This document shows positions 46,201-58,200 of a stretch of 64,000 bases of DNA, in pieces; positions within the stretch are counted from its first letter, which is position 1, and each line of letters opens with the position of its first letter. The position numbers were made by a program, and so were the translations under genes. The stretch lies in NCBI GenBank assembly GCA_002269645.1, contig NIVC01000258.1:1-64000 (forward strand), written 5' to 3'. The notes below the pieces were generated by a model. The model had not been told where the DNA came from and searched no databases. It worked only from the letters and a program-made list of their open reading frames with translations. The DNA comes from Macrostomum lignano (taxonomy: Eukaryota).

Positions 46201-49200
46201 CTGTGTTTCATGTCTCTCTCACTGTGTCTCCTGTCTCTTTAGCTGTGTCTTCTGTCTCTCTAGCTGTCTCTGTCTCTAGCTGTGTTTCTGTCTCTCTCAG
46301 CTGTGTCTCCTGTCTCTTTAGCTGTGTCTTCTGTCTCTCTAGCTGTGTCTCCTGTCTCTAGCTGTGTTTCTGTCTCTCTCAGCTGTGTCTCCTGTCTCTA
46401 GCTGTGTCTTCTGTCTCTCTAGCTGTGTCTCCTGTCTCTAGCTGTGTTTCATGTCTCTCTCACTGTGTCTCCTGTCTCTTTAGCTGTGTCTTCTGTCTCT
46501 CTAGCTGTGTCTCCTGTCTCTCTAGCTGTGTCTCCTGTCTCTCTAGCTGTGTCTTCTGTCTCTCTAGCTGTGTCTCCTGTCTCTAGCTGTGTCTTCTGTC
46601 TCTCTAGCTGTGTCTCCTGTCTCTCCAGCTGTGTTTCATGTCTCTCTCACTGTGTCTCCTGTCTCTTTAGCTGTGTCTTCTGTCTCTCTAGCTGTGTCTC
46701 CTGTCTCTCCAGCTGTGTTTCATGTCTCTCTCACTGTGTCTCCTGTCTCTTTAGCTGTGTCTTCTGTCTCTCTAGCTGTGTCTCCTGTCTCTCCAGCTGT
46801 GTTTCATGTCTCTCTCACTGTGTCTCCTGTCTCTTTAGCTGTGTCTTCTGTCTCTCTAGCTGTGTCTCCTGTCTCTCCAGCTGTGTTTCATGTCTCTCTC
46901 ACTGTGTCTCCTGTCTCTTTAGCTGTGTCTTCTGTCTCTCTAGCTGTGTCTCCTGTCTCTCCAGCTGTGTTTCATGTCTCTCTCACTGTGTCTCCTGTCT
47001 CTTTAGCTGTGTCTTCTGTCTCTCTAGCTGTGTCTCCTGTCTCTCCAGCTGTGTTTCATGTCTCTCTCACTGTGTCTCCTGTCTCTTTAGCTGTGTCTTC
47101 TGTCTCTCTAGCTGTGTCTCCTGTCTCTCCAGCTGTGTGTCTCTCTCATGTCTCTCTCACTGTGTCTCCTGTCTCTTAGCTGTGTCTCCTGTCTCTTTAG
47201 CTGTGTCTTCTGTCTCTCTAGCTGTGTCTCCTGTCTCTCCAGCTGTGTTTCATGTCTCTCTCACTGTGTCTCCTGTCTCTTTAGCTGTGTCTTCTGTCTC
47301 TCTAGCTGTGTCTCCTGTCTCTCCAGCTGTGTTTCATGTCTCTCTCACTGTGTCTCCTGTCTCTTTAGCTGTGTCTTCTGTCTCTCTAGCTGTGTCTCCT
47401 GTCTCTCCAGCTGTGTCTCCTGTCTCTCTCACTGTGTCTCCTGTCTCTTTAGCTGTGTGTCTCCTGTCTCTCTAGCTGTGTCTCCTGTCTCTCTAGCTGT
47501 GTCTCCTGTCTCTCCAGCTGTGTTTCATGTCTCTCTCACTGTGTCTCCTGTCTCTTTAGCTGTGTCTTCTGTCTCTCTAGCTGTGTCTCCTGTCTCTAGC
47601 TGTGTCTTCTGTCTCTCTCACTGTGTCTCCTGTCTCTTTAGCTGTGTCTTCTGTCTCTCTAGCTGTGTCTCCTGTCTCTCAGCTGTGTCTTCTGTCTCTC
47701 TAGCTGTGTCTCCTGTCTCTAGCTGTGTTTCATGTCTCTCTAGCTGTGTCTCCTGTCTCTCCAGCTGTGTTTCATGTCTCTCTCACTGTGTCTCCTGTCT
47801 CTTTAGCTGTGTCTTCTGTCTCTCTAGCTGTGTCTCCTGTCTCTCCAGCTGTGTTTCATGTCTCTCTCACTGTGTCTCCTGTCTCTTTAGCTGTGTCTTC
47901 TGTCTCTCTAGCTGTGTCTCCTGTCTCTCCAGCTGTGTTTCATGTCTCTCTCACTGTGTCTCCTGTCTCTTTAGCTGTGTCTTCTGTCTCTCTAGCTGTG
48001 TCTCCTGTCTCTCAGCTGTGTCTTCTGTCTCTCTCACTGTGTCTCCTGTCTCTAGCTGTGTGTCTCTCATGTCTCTCTCAGCTGTGTCTCCTGTCTCTTA
48101 GCTGTGTTTCTGTCTCTCTAGCTGTGTCTCCTGTCTCTAGCTGTGTCTTCTGTCTCTCTAGCTGTGTCTCCTGTCTCTCCAGCTGTGTTTCATGTCTCTC
48201 TCACTGTGTCTCCTGTCTCTTTAGCTGTGTCTTCTGTCTCTCTAGCTGTGTCTCCTGTCTCTCCAGCTGTGTTTCATGTCTCTCTCACTGTGTCTCCTGT
48301 CTCTTTAGCTGTGTCTTCTGTCTCTCTAGCTGTGTCTCCTGTCTCTCCAGCTGTGTTTCATGTCTCTCTCACTGTGTCTCCTGTCTCTTTAGCTGTGTCT
48401 TCTGTCTCTCTAGCTGTGTCTCCTGTCTCTAGCTGTGTTTCATGTCTCTCTCACTGTGTCTCCTGTCTCTTTAGCTGTGTCTTCTGTCTCTCTAGCTGTG
48501 TCTCCTGTCTCTCCAGCTGTGTTTCATGTCTCTCTCACTGTGTCTCCTGTCTCTTTAGCTGTGTCTTCTGTCTCTCTAGCTGTGTCTCCTGTCTCTCCAG
48601 CTGTGTTTCATGTCTCTCTCACTGTGTCTCCTGTCTCTTTAGCTGTGTCTTCTGTCTCTCTAGCTGTGTCTCCTGTCTCTCCAGCTGTGTTTCATGTCTC
48701 TCTCACTGTGTCTCCTGTCTCTTTAGCTGTGTCTTCTGTCTCTCTAGCTGTGTCTCCTGTCTCTCCAGCTGTGTTTCATGTCTCTCTCACTGTGTCTCCT
48801 GTCTCTTTAGCTGTGTCTTCTGTCTCTCTAGCTGTGTCTTCTGTCTCTCTAGCTGTGTCTCCTGTCTCTCTAGCTGTGTCTTCTGTCTCTCCAGCTGTGT
48901 CTCCTGTCTCTTTAGCTGTGTCTTCTGTCTCTCTAGCTGTGTCTCCTGTCTCTCCAGCTGTGTTTCATGTCTCTCTCACTGTGTCTCCTGTCTCTTTAGC
49001 TGTGTCTTCTGTCTCTCTAGCTGTGTCTCCTGTCTCTCCAGCTGTGTTTCATGTCTCTCTCACTGTGTCTCCTGTCTCTTTAGCTGTGTCTTCTGTCTCT
49101 CTAGCTGTGTCTCCTGTCTCTCCAGCTGTGTTTCATGTCTCTCTCACTGTGTCTCCTGTCTCTTTAGCTGTGTCTTCTGTCTCTCTAGCTGTGTCTCCTG

Positions 49201-52200
49201 TCTCTCCAGCTGTGTCTCCTGTCTCTCTAGCTGTGTCTTCTGTCTCTCTAGCTGTGTCTCCTGTCTCTCCAGCTGTGTTTCTGTCTCTCTCAGCTGTGTC
49301 TCCTGTCTCTAGCTGTGTCTTCTGTCTCTCTAGCTGTGTCTCCTGTCTCTTTAGCTGTGTCTTCATGTCTCTCTCACTGTGTCTCCTGTCTCTAGCTGTG
49401 TCTTCTGTCTCTCTACTGTGTCTCCTGTCTCTCCAGCTGTGTTTCATGTCTCTCTCACTGTGTCTCCTGTCTCTAGCTGTGTCTTCTGTCTCTCTAGCTG
49501 TGTCTCCTGTCTCTTCAGCTGTGTCTTCTGTCTCTCTAGCTGTGTCTCCTGTCTCTCCAGCTGTGTTTCATGTCTCTCTCACTGTGTCTCCTGTCTCTTT
49601 AGCTGTGTCTTCTGTCTCTCTAGCTGTGTCTCCTGTCTCTCCAGCTGTGTTTCATGTCTCTCTCACTGTGTCTCCTGTCTCTTTAGCTGTGTCTTCTGTC
49701 TCTCTAGCTGTGTCTCCTGTCTCTCAGCTGTGTTTCATGTCTCTCTCACTGTGTCTCCTGTCTCTTTAGCTGTGTCTTCTGTCTCTCTAGCTGTGTCTCC
49801 TGTCTCTCCAGCTGTGTGTCTCTCTCATGTCTCTCTCACTGTGTCTCCTGTCTCTTTAGCTGTGTCTTCTGTCTCTCTAGCTGTGTCTCCTGTCTCTCCA
49901 GCTGTGTTTCATGTCTCTCTCACTGTGTCTCCTGTCTCTTTAGCTGTGTCTTCTGTCTCTCTAGCTGTGTCTCCTGTCTCTCCAGCTGTGTTTCATGTCT
50001 CTCTCACTGTGTCTCCTGTCTCTAGCTGTGTCTTCTGTCTCTCTAGCTGTGTCTCCTGTCTCTCCAGCTGTGTCTTCTGTCTCTCTCACTGTGTCTCCTG
50101 TCTCTTTAGCTGTGTCTTCTGTCTCTCTACTGTGTCTCCTGTCTCTAGCTGTGTCTTCTGTCTCTCTAGCTGTGTCTCCTGTCTCTAGCTGTGTTTCATG
50201 TCTCTCTACTGTGTCTCCTGTCTCTTTAGCTGTGTCTTCTGTCTCTCTAGCTGTGTCTCCTGTCTCTAGCTGTGTTTCATGTCTCTCTCACTGTGTCTCC
50301 TGTCTCTTTAGCTGTGTCTTCTGTCTCTCTAGCTGTGTCTCCTGTCTCTCCAGCTGTGTTTCTGTCTCTCTCACTGTGTCTCCTGTCTCTTTAGCTGTGT
50401 CTTCTGTCTCTCTAGCTGTGTCTCCTGTCTCTCAGCTGTGTTTCTGTCTCTCTCACTGTGTCTCCTGTCTCTAGCTGTGTTCTGTCTCTCTAGCTGTGTC
50501 TCCTGTCTCTCCAGCTGTGTTTCATGTCTCTCTCACTGTGTCTCCTGTCTCTTTAGCTGTGTCTTCTGTCTCTCTAGCTGTGTCTCCTGTCTCTAGCTGT
50601 GTCTTCTGTCTCTCTACTGTGTCTCCTGTCTCTAGCTGTGTCTTCTGTCTCTCTAGCTGTGTCTCCTGTCTCTAGCTGTGTTTCATGTCTCTCTCACTGT
50701 GTCTCCTGTCTCTTTAGCTGTGTCTTCTGTCTCTCTAGCTGTGTCTCCTGTCTCTCCAGCTGTGTTTCATGTCTCTCTCACTGTGTCTCCTGTCTCTTTA
50801 GCTGTGTCTTCTGTCTCTCTAGCTGTGTCTCCTGTCTCTCCAGCTGTGTTTCATGTCTCTCTCACTGTGTCTCCTGTCTCTTTAGCTGTGTCTTCTGTCT
50901 CTCTAGCTGTGTCTCCTGTCTCTCCAGCTGTGTTTCATGTCTCTCTCACTGTGTCTCCTGTCTCTTTAGCTGTGTCTTCTGTCTCTCTAGCTGTGTCTCC
51001 TGTCTCTTTAGCTGTGTCTTCTGTCTCTCTCACTGTGTCTCCTGTCTCTTTAGCTGTGTCTTCTGTCTCTCTAGCTGTGTCTCCTGTCTCTCCAGCTGTG
51101 TCTCCTGTCTCTCTCAGCTGTGTCTCCTGTCTCTCTAGCTGTGTCTCCTGTCTCTCCAGCTGTGTTTCATGTCTCTCTCACTGTGTCTCCTGTCTCTTTA
51201 GCTGTGTCTTCTGTCTCTCTAGCTGTGTCTCCTGTCTCTCCAGCTGTGTTTCATGTCTCTCTCACTGTGTCTCCTGTCTCTTTAGCTGTGTCTTCTGTCT
51301 CTCTAGCTGTGTCTCCTGTCTCTCCAGCTGTGTTTCATGTCTCTCTCACTGTGTCTCCTGTCTCTTTAGCTGTGTCTTCTGTCTCTCTACTGTGTCTCCT
51401 GTCTCTCCAGCTGTGTTTCTGTCTCTCTCAGCTGTGTCTCCTGTCTCTAGCTGTGTTTCTGTCTCTCTACTGTGTCTCCTGTCTCTCCAGCTGTGTTTCA
51501 TGTCTCTCTCACTGTGTCTCCTGTCTCTAGCTGTGTCTTCTGTCTCTCTAGCTGTGTCTCCTGTCTCTCCAGCTGTGTTTCATGTCTCTCTCACTGTGTC
51601 TCCTGTCTTTAGCTGTGTCTTCTGTCTCTCTAGCTGTGTCTCCTGTCTCTAGCTGTGTCTTCTGTCTCTCTCACTGTGTCTCCTGTCTCTCCAGCTGTGT
51701 CTTCTGTCTCTTAGCTGTGTCTCTGTCTCTAGCTGTGTCTCCTGTCTCTCAGCTGTGTCTTCTGTCTCTCTAGCTGTGTCTCCTGTCTCTAGCTGTGTCT
51801 TCTGTCTCTCTAGCTGTGTCTCCTGTCTCTAGCTGTGTTTCATGTCTCTCTACTGTGTCTCCTGTCTCTAGCTGTGTCTTCTGTCTCTCTAGCTGTGTCT
51901 CCTGTCTCTAGCTGTGTTTCTGTCTCTCTAGCTGTGTCTCCTGTCTCTCCAGCTGTGTTTCTGTCTCTCTCACTGTGTCTCCTGTCTCTAGCTGTGTTTC
52001 TGTCTCTCTAGCTGTGTCTCCTGTCTCTTAGCTGTGTCTTCTGTCTCTCTAGCTGTGTCTCCTGTCTCTCCAGCTGTGTTTCATGTCTCTCTCACTGTGT
52101 CTCCTGTCTCTTTAGCTGTGTCTTCTGTCTCTCTAGCTGTGTCTCCTGTCTCTCCAGCTGTGTTTCATGTCTCTCTCACTGTGTCTCCTGTCTCTTTAGC

Positions 52201-55200
52201 TGTGTCTTCTGTCTCTCTAGCTGTGTCTCCTGTCTCTCCAGCTGTGTTTCATGTCTCTCTCACTGTGTCTCCTGTCTCTTTAGCTGTGTCTTCTGTCTCT
52301 CTAGCTGTGTCTCCTGTCTCTCAGCTGTGTTTCATGTCTCTCTCACTGTGTCTCCTGTCTCTTTAGCTGTGTCTTCTGTCTCTCTAGCTGTGTCTCCTGT
52401 CTCTCCAGCTGTGTTTCATGTCTCTCTCACTGTGTCTCCTGTCTCTTTAGCTGTGTCTTCTGTCTCTCTAGCTGTGTCTCCTGTCTCTCCAGCTGTGTTT
52501 CATGTCTCTCTCACTGTGTCTCCTGTCTCTTTAGCTGTGTCTTCTGTCTCTCTAGCTGTGTCTCCTGTCTCTCCAGCTGTGTTTCATGTCTCTCTCACTG
52601 TGTCTCCTGTCTCTTTAGCTGTGTCTTCTGTCTCTCTAGCTGTGTCTCCTGTCTCTCCAGCTGTGTTTCATGTCTCTCTCACTGTGTCTCCTGTCTCTTT
52701 AGCTGTGTCTTCTGTCTCTCTAGCTGTGTCTCCTGTCTCTCCAGCTGTGTTTCATGTCTCTCTCACTGTGTCTCCTGTCTCTTTAGCTGTGTCTTCTGTC
52801 TCTCTAGCTGTGTCTCCTGTCTCTCCAGCTGTGTTTCATGTCTCTCTCACTGTGTCTCCTGTCTCTTTAGCTGTGTCTTCTGTCTCTCTAGCTGTGTCTC
52901 CTGTCTCTCCAGCTGTGTTTCATGTCTCTCTCACTGTGTCTCCTGTCTCTTTAGCTGTGTCTTCTGTCTCTCTAGCTGTGTCTCCTGTCTCTCCAGCTGT
53001 GTTTCATGTCTCTCTCACTGTGTCTCCTGTCTCTTTAGCTGTGTCTTCTGTCTCTCTAGCTGTGTCTCCTGTCTCTCCAGCTGTGTTTCATGTCTCTCTC
53101 ACTGTGTCTCCTGTCTCTTTAGCTGTGTCTTCTGTCTCTCTAGCTGTGTCTCCTGTCTCTCCAGCTGTGTTTCATGTCTCTCTCACTGTGTCTCCTGTCT
53201 CTTTAGCTGTGTCTTCTGTCTCTCTAGCTGTGTCTCCTGTCTCTCCAGCTGTGTTTCATGTCTCTCTCACTGTGTCTCCTGTCTCTTTAGCTGTGTCTTC
53301 TGTCTCTCTAGCTGTGTCTCCTGTCTCTCCAGCTGTGTTTCATGTCTCTCTCACTGTGTCTCCTGTCTCTTTAGCTGTGTCTTCTGTCTCTCTAGCTGTG
53401 TCTCCTGTCTCTCCAGCTGTGTTTCATGTCTCTCTCACTGTGTCTCCTGTCTCTTTAGCTGTGTCTTCTGTCTCTCTAGCTGTGTCTCCTGTCTCTCCAG
53501 CTGTGTTTCATGTCTCTCTCACTGTGTCTCCTGTCTCTTTAGCTGTGTCTTCTGTCTCTCTAGCTGTGTCTCCTGTCTCTCCAGCTGTGTTTCATGTCTC
53601 TCTCACTGTGTCTCCTGTCTCTTTAGCTGTGTCTTCTGTCTCTCTAGCTGTGTCTCCTGTCTCTCAGCTGTGTCTGTCTCTCAGCTGTGTTTCATGTCTC
53701 TCTCACTGTGTCTCCTGTCTCTTTAGCTGTGTCTTCTGTCTCTCTAGCTGTGTCTCCTGTCTCTCCAGCTGTGTTTCATGTCTCTCTCACTGTGTCTCCT
53801 GTCTCTTTAGCTGTGTCTTCTGTCTCTCTAGCTGTGTCTCCTGTCTCTCCAGCTGTGTTTCATGTCTCTCTCACTGTGTCTCCTGTCTCTTTAGCTGTGT
53901 CTTCTGTCTCTCTAGCTGTGTCTCCTGTCTCTCCAGCTGTGTTTCATGTCTCTCTCACTGTGTCTCCTGTCTCTTTAGCTGTGTCTTCTGTCTCTCTAGC
54001 TGTGTCTCCTGTCTCTAGCTGTGTCTTCTGTCTCTCTAGCTGTGTCTCCTGTCTCTAGCTGTGTTTCTGTCTCTCTAGCTGTGTCTCTGTCTCTAGCTGT
54101 GTCTTCTGTCTCTCTAGCTGTGTCTCCTGTCTCTAGCTGTGTTTCTGTCTCTCTCACTGTGTCTCCTGTCTCTTTAGCTGTGTCTTCTGTCTCTCTAGCT
54201 GTGTCTCCTGTCTCTAGCTGTGTTTCTGTCTCTCTACTGTGTCTCCTGTCTCTTTAGCTGTGTCTTCTGTCTCTCTAGCTGTGTCTCCTGTCTCTCCAGC
54301 TGTGTTTCATGTCTCTCTCACTGTGTCTCCTGTCTCTTTAGCTGTGTCTTCTGTCTCTCTAGCTGTGTCTCCTGTCTCTCCAGCTGTGTTTCATGTCTCT
54401 CTCACTGTGTCTCCTGTCTCTTTAGCTGTGTCTTCTGTCTCTCTAGCTGTGTCTCCAGCTGTGTTTCATGTCTCTCTCACTGTGTCTCCTGTCTCTTTAG
54501 CTATGTCTCCTGTCTCTTTAGCTGTGTCTTCTGTCTCTCTAGCTGTGTCTCCTGTCTCTCCAGCTGTGTTTCATGTCTCTCTCACTGTGTCTCCTGTCTC
54601 TTTAGCTGTGTCTTCTGTCTCTCTAGCTGTGTCTCCTGTCTCTAGCTGTGTCTTCTGTCTCTCTAGCTGTGTCTCCTGTCTCTAGCTGTGTTTCTGTCTC
54701 TCTAGCTGTGTCTCCTGTCTCTAGCTGTGTCTTCTGTCTCTCTACTGTGTCTCCTGTCTCTAGCTGTGTCTTCTGTCTCTCTAGCTGTGTCTCCTGTCTC
54801 TCAGCTGTGTTTCATGTCTCTCTCACTGTGTCTCCTGTCTCTAGCTGTGTCTTCTGTCTCTCTAGCTGTGTCTCCTGTCTCTCCAGCTGTGTTTCATGTC
54901 TCTCTCACTGTGTCTCCTGTCTCTTTAGCTGTGTCTTCTGTCTCTCTAGCTGTGTCTCCTGTCTCTCCAGCTGTGTTTCATGTCTCTCTCACTGTGTCTC
55001 CTGTCTCTTTAGCTGTGTCTTCTGTCTCTCTAGCTGTGTCTCCTGTCTCTCAGCTGTGTTTCATGTCTCTCTCACTGTGTCTCCTGTCTCTTTAGCTGTG
55101 TCTTCTGTCTCTCTAGCTGTGTCTCCTGTCTCTAGCTGTGTTTCATGTCTCTCTCACTGTGTCTCCTGTCTCTAGCTGTGTCTTCTGTCTCTCTAGCTGT

Positions 55201-58200
55201 GTCTCCTGTCTCTCCAGCTGTGTTTCATGTCTCTCTCACTGTGTCTCCTGTCTCTTTAGCTGTGTCTTCTGTCTCTCTAGCTGTGTCTCCTGTCTCTCCA
55301 GCTGTGTTTCATGTCTCTCTCACTGTGTCTCCTGTCTCTTTAGCTGTGTCTTCTGTCTCTCTAGCTGTGTCTCCTGTCTCTCCAGCTGTGTTTCATGTCT
55401 CTCTCACTGTGTCTCCTGTCTCTTTAGCTGTGTCTTCTGTCTCTCTAGCTGTGTCTCCTGTCTCTCCAGCTGTGTTTCATGTCTCTCTCACTGTGTCTCC
55501 TGTCTCTTTAGCTGTGTCTTCTGTCTCTCTAGCTGTGTCTCCTGTCTCTCCAGCTGTGTTTCTGTCTCTCACTGTGTCTGTCTCTCAGCTGTGTCTCCTG
55601 TCTCTTAGCTGTGTCTTCTGTCTCTCTAGCTGTGTCTCCTGTCTCTCCAGCTGTGTTTCATGTCTCTCTCACTGTGTCTCCTGTCTCTTTAGCTGTGTCT
55701 TCTGTCTCTCTAGCTGTGTCTCCTGTCTCTCCAGCTGTGTTTCATGTCTCTCTCACTGTGTCTCCTGTCTCTTTAGCTGTGTCTTCTGTCTCTCTAGCTG
55801 TGTCTCCTGTCTCTCCAGCTGTGTTTCATGTCTCTCTCACTGTGTCTCCTGTCTCTTTAGCTGTGTCTTCTGTCTCTCTAGCTGTGTCTCCTGTCTCTCC
55901 AGCTGTGTTTCATGTCTCTCTCACTGTGTCTCCTGTCTCTTTAGCTGTGTCTTCTGTCTCTCTAGCTGTGTCTCCTGTCTCTCCAGCTGTGTTTCATGTC
56001 TCTCTCACTGTGTCTCCTGTCTCTTTAGCTGTGTCTTCTGTCTCTCTAGCTGTGTCTCCTGTCTCTCCAGCTGTGTTTCATGTCTCTCTCACTGTGTCTC
56101 CTGTCTCTTTAGCTGTGTCTTCTGTCTCTCTAGCTGTGTCTCCTGTCTCTCCAGCTGTGTTTCATGTCTCTCTCACTGTGTCTCCTGTCTCTTTAGCTGT
56201 GTCTTCTGTCTCTCTAGCTGTGTCTCCTGTCTCTCCAGCTGTGTTTCATGTCTCTCTCACTGTGTCTCCTGTCTCTTTAGCTGTGTCTCTTTAGCTGTGT
56301 CTTCTGTCTCTCTAGCTGTGTCTCCTGTCTCTCCAGCTGTGTTTCATGTCTCTCTCACTGTGTCTCCTGTCTCTTTAGCTGTGTCTTCTGTCTCTCTAGC
56401 TGTGTCTCCTGTCTCTCCAGCTGTGTTTCATGTCTCTCTCACTGTGTCTCCTGTCTCTTTAGCTGTGTCTTCTGTCTCTCTAGCTGTGTCTCCTGTCTCT
56501 CCAGCTGTGTTTCTGTCTCTCTCACTGTGTCTCCTGTCTCTTTAGCTGTGTCTTCTGTCTCTCTAGCTGTGTCTCCTGTCTCTCCAGCTGTGTTTCTGTC
56601 TCTCTCACTGTGTCTCCTGTCTCTAGCTGTGTCTTCTGTCTCTCTAGCTGTGTCTCCTGTCTCTCCAGCTGTGTTTCATGTCTCTCTCACTGTGTCTCCT
56701 GTCTCTTTAGCTGTGTCTTCTGTCTCTCTAGCTGTGTCTCCTGTCTCTAGCTGTGTCTTCTGTCTCTCTAGCTGTGTCTCCTGTCTCTAGCTGTGTCTTC
56801 TGTCTCTCTAGCTGTGTCTCCTGTCTCTCTAGCTGTGTCTTCTGTCTCTCAGCTGTGTTCTGTCTCTCTAGCTGTGTCTCTGTCTCTCTAGCTGTGTCTC
56901 CTGTCTCTCAGCTGTGTTTCTGTCTCTCTCACTGTGTCTCCTGTCTCTTTAGCTGTGTCTTCTGTCTCTCTAGCTGTGTCTCCTGTCTCTCAGCTGTGTT
57001 TCTGTCTCTCTCACTGTGTCTCCTGTCTCTTTAGCTGTGTCTTCTGTCTCTCTAGCTGTGTCTCCTGTCTCTCCAGCTGTGTTTCATGTCTCTCTCACTG
57101 TGTCTCCTGTCTCTTTAGCTGTGTCTTCTGTCTCTCTAGCTGTGTCTCCTGTCTCTCCAGCTGTGTTTCATGTCTCTCTCACTGTGTCTCCTGTCTCTTT
57201 AGCTGTGTCTTCTGTCTCTCTAGCTGTGTCTCCTGTCTCTCCAGCTGTGTTTCATGTCTCTCTCACTGTGTCTCCTGTCTCTTTAGCTGTGTCTTCTGTC
57301 TCTCTAGCTGTGTCTCCTGTCTCTCCAGCTGTGTTTCATGTCTCTCTCACTGTGTCTCCTGTCTCTTTAGCTGTGTCTTCTGTCTCTCTAGCTGTGTCTC
57401 CTGTCTCTCAGCTGTGTCTTCTGTCTCTCTAGCTGTGTCTCTGTCTCTCACTGTGTCTCCTGTCTCTTAGCTGTGTCTTCTGTCTCTCTAGCTGTGTCTC
57501 CTGTCTCTCCAGCTGTGTTTCATGTCTCTCTCACTGTGTCTCCTGTCTCTTTAGCTGTGTCTTCTGTCTCTCTAGCTGTGTCTCCTGTCTCTCCAGCTGT
57601 GTTTCATGTCTCTCTCACTGTGTCTCCTGTCTCTTTAGCTGTGTCTTCTGTCTCTCTAGCTGTGTCTCCTGTCTCTCCAGCTGTGTTTCATGTCTCTCTC
57701 ACTGTGTCTCCTGTCTCTTTAGCTGTGTCTTCTGTCTCTCTAGCTGTGTCTCCTGTCTCTCCAGCTGTGTTTCATGTCTCTCTCACTGTGTCTCCTGTCT
57801 CTTTAGCTGTGTCTTCTGTCTCTCTAGCTGTGTCTCCTGTCTCTCCAGCTGTGTTTCATGTCTCTCTCACTGTGTCTCCTGTCTCTTTAGCTGTGTCTTC
57901 TGTCTCTCTAGCTGTGTCTCCTGTCTCTCCAGCTGTGTTTCATGTCTCTCTCACTGTGTCTCCTGTCTCTTTAGCTGTGTCTTCTGTCTCTCTAGCTGTG
58001 TCTCCTGTCTCTCCAGCTGTGTTTCATGTCTCTCTCACTGTGTCTCCTGTCTCTTTAGCTGTGTCTTCTGTCTCTCTAGCTGTGTCTCCTGTCTCTCCAG
58101 CTGTGTTTCATGTCTCTCTCACTGTGTTCCTGTCTCTTTAGCTGTGTCTCTGTCTCTTTAGCTGTGTCTCCTGTCTCTCTAGCTGTGTCTCCTGTCTCTC

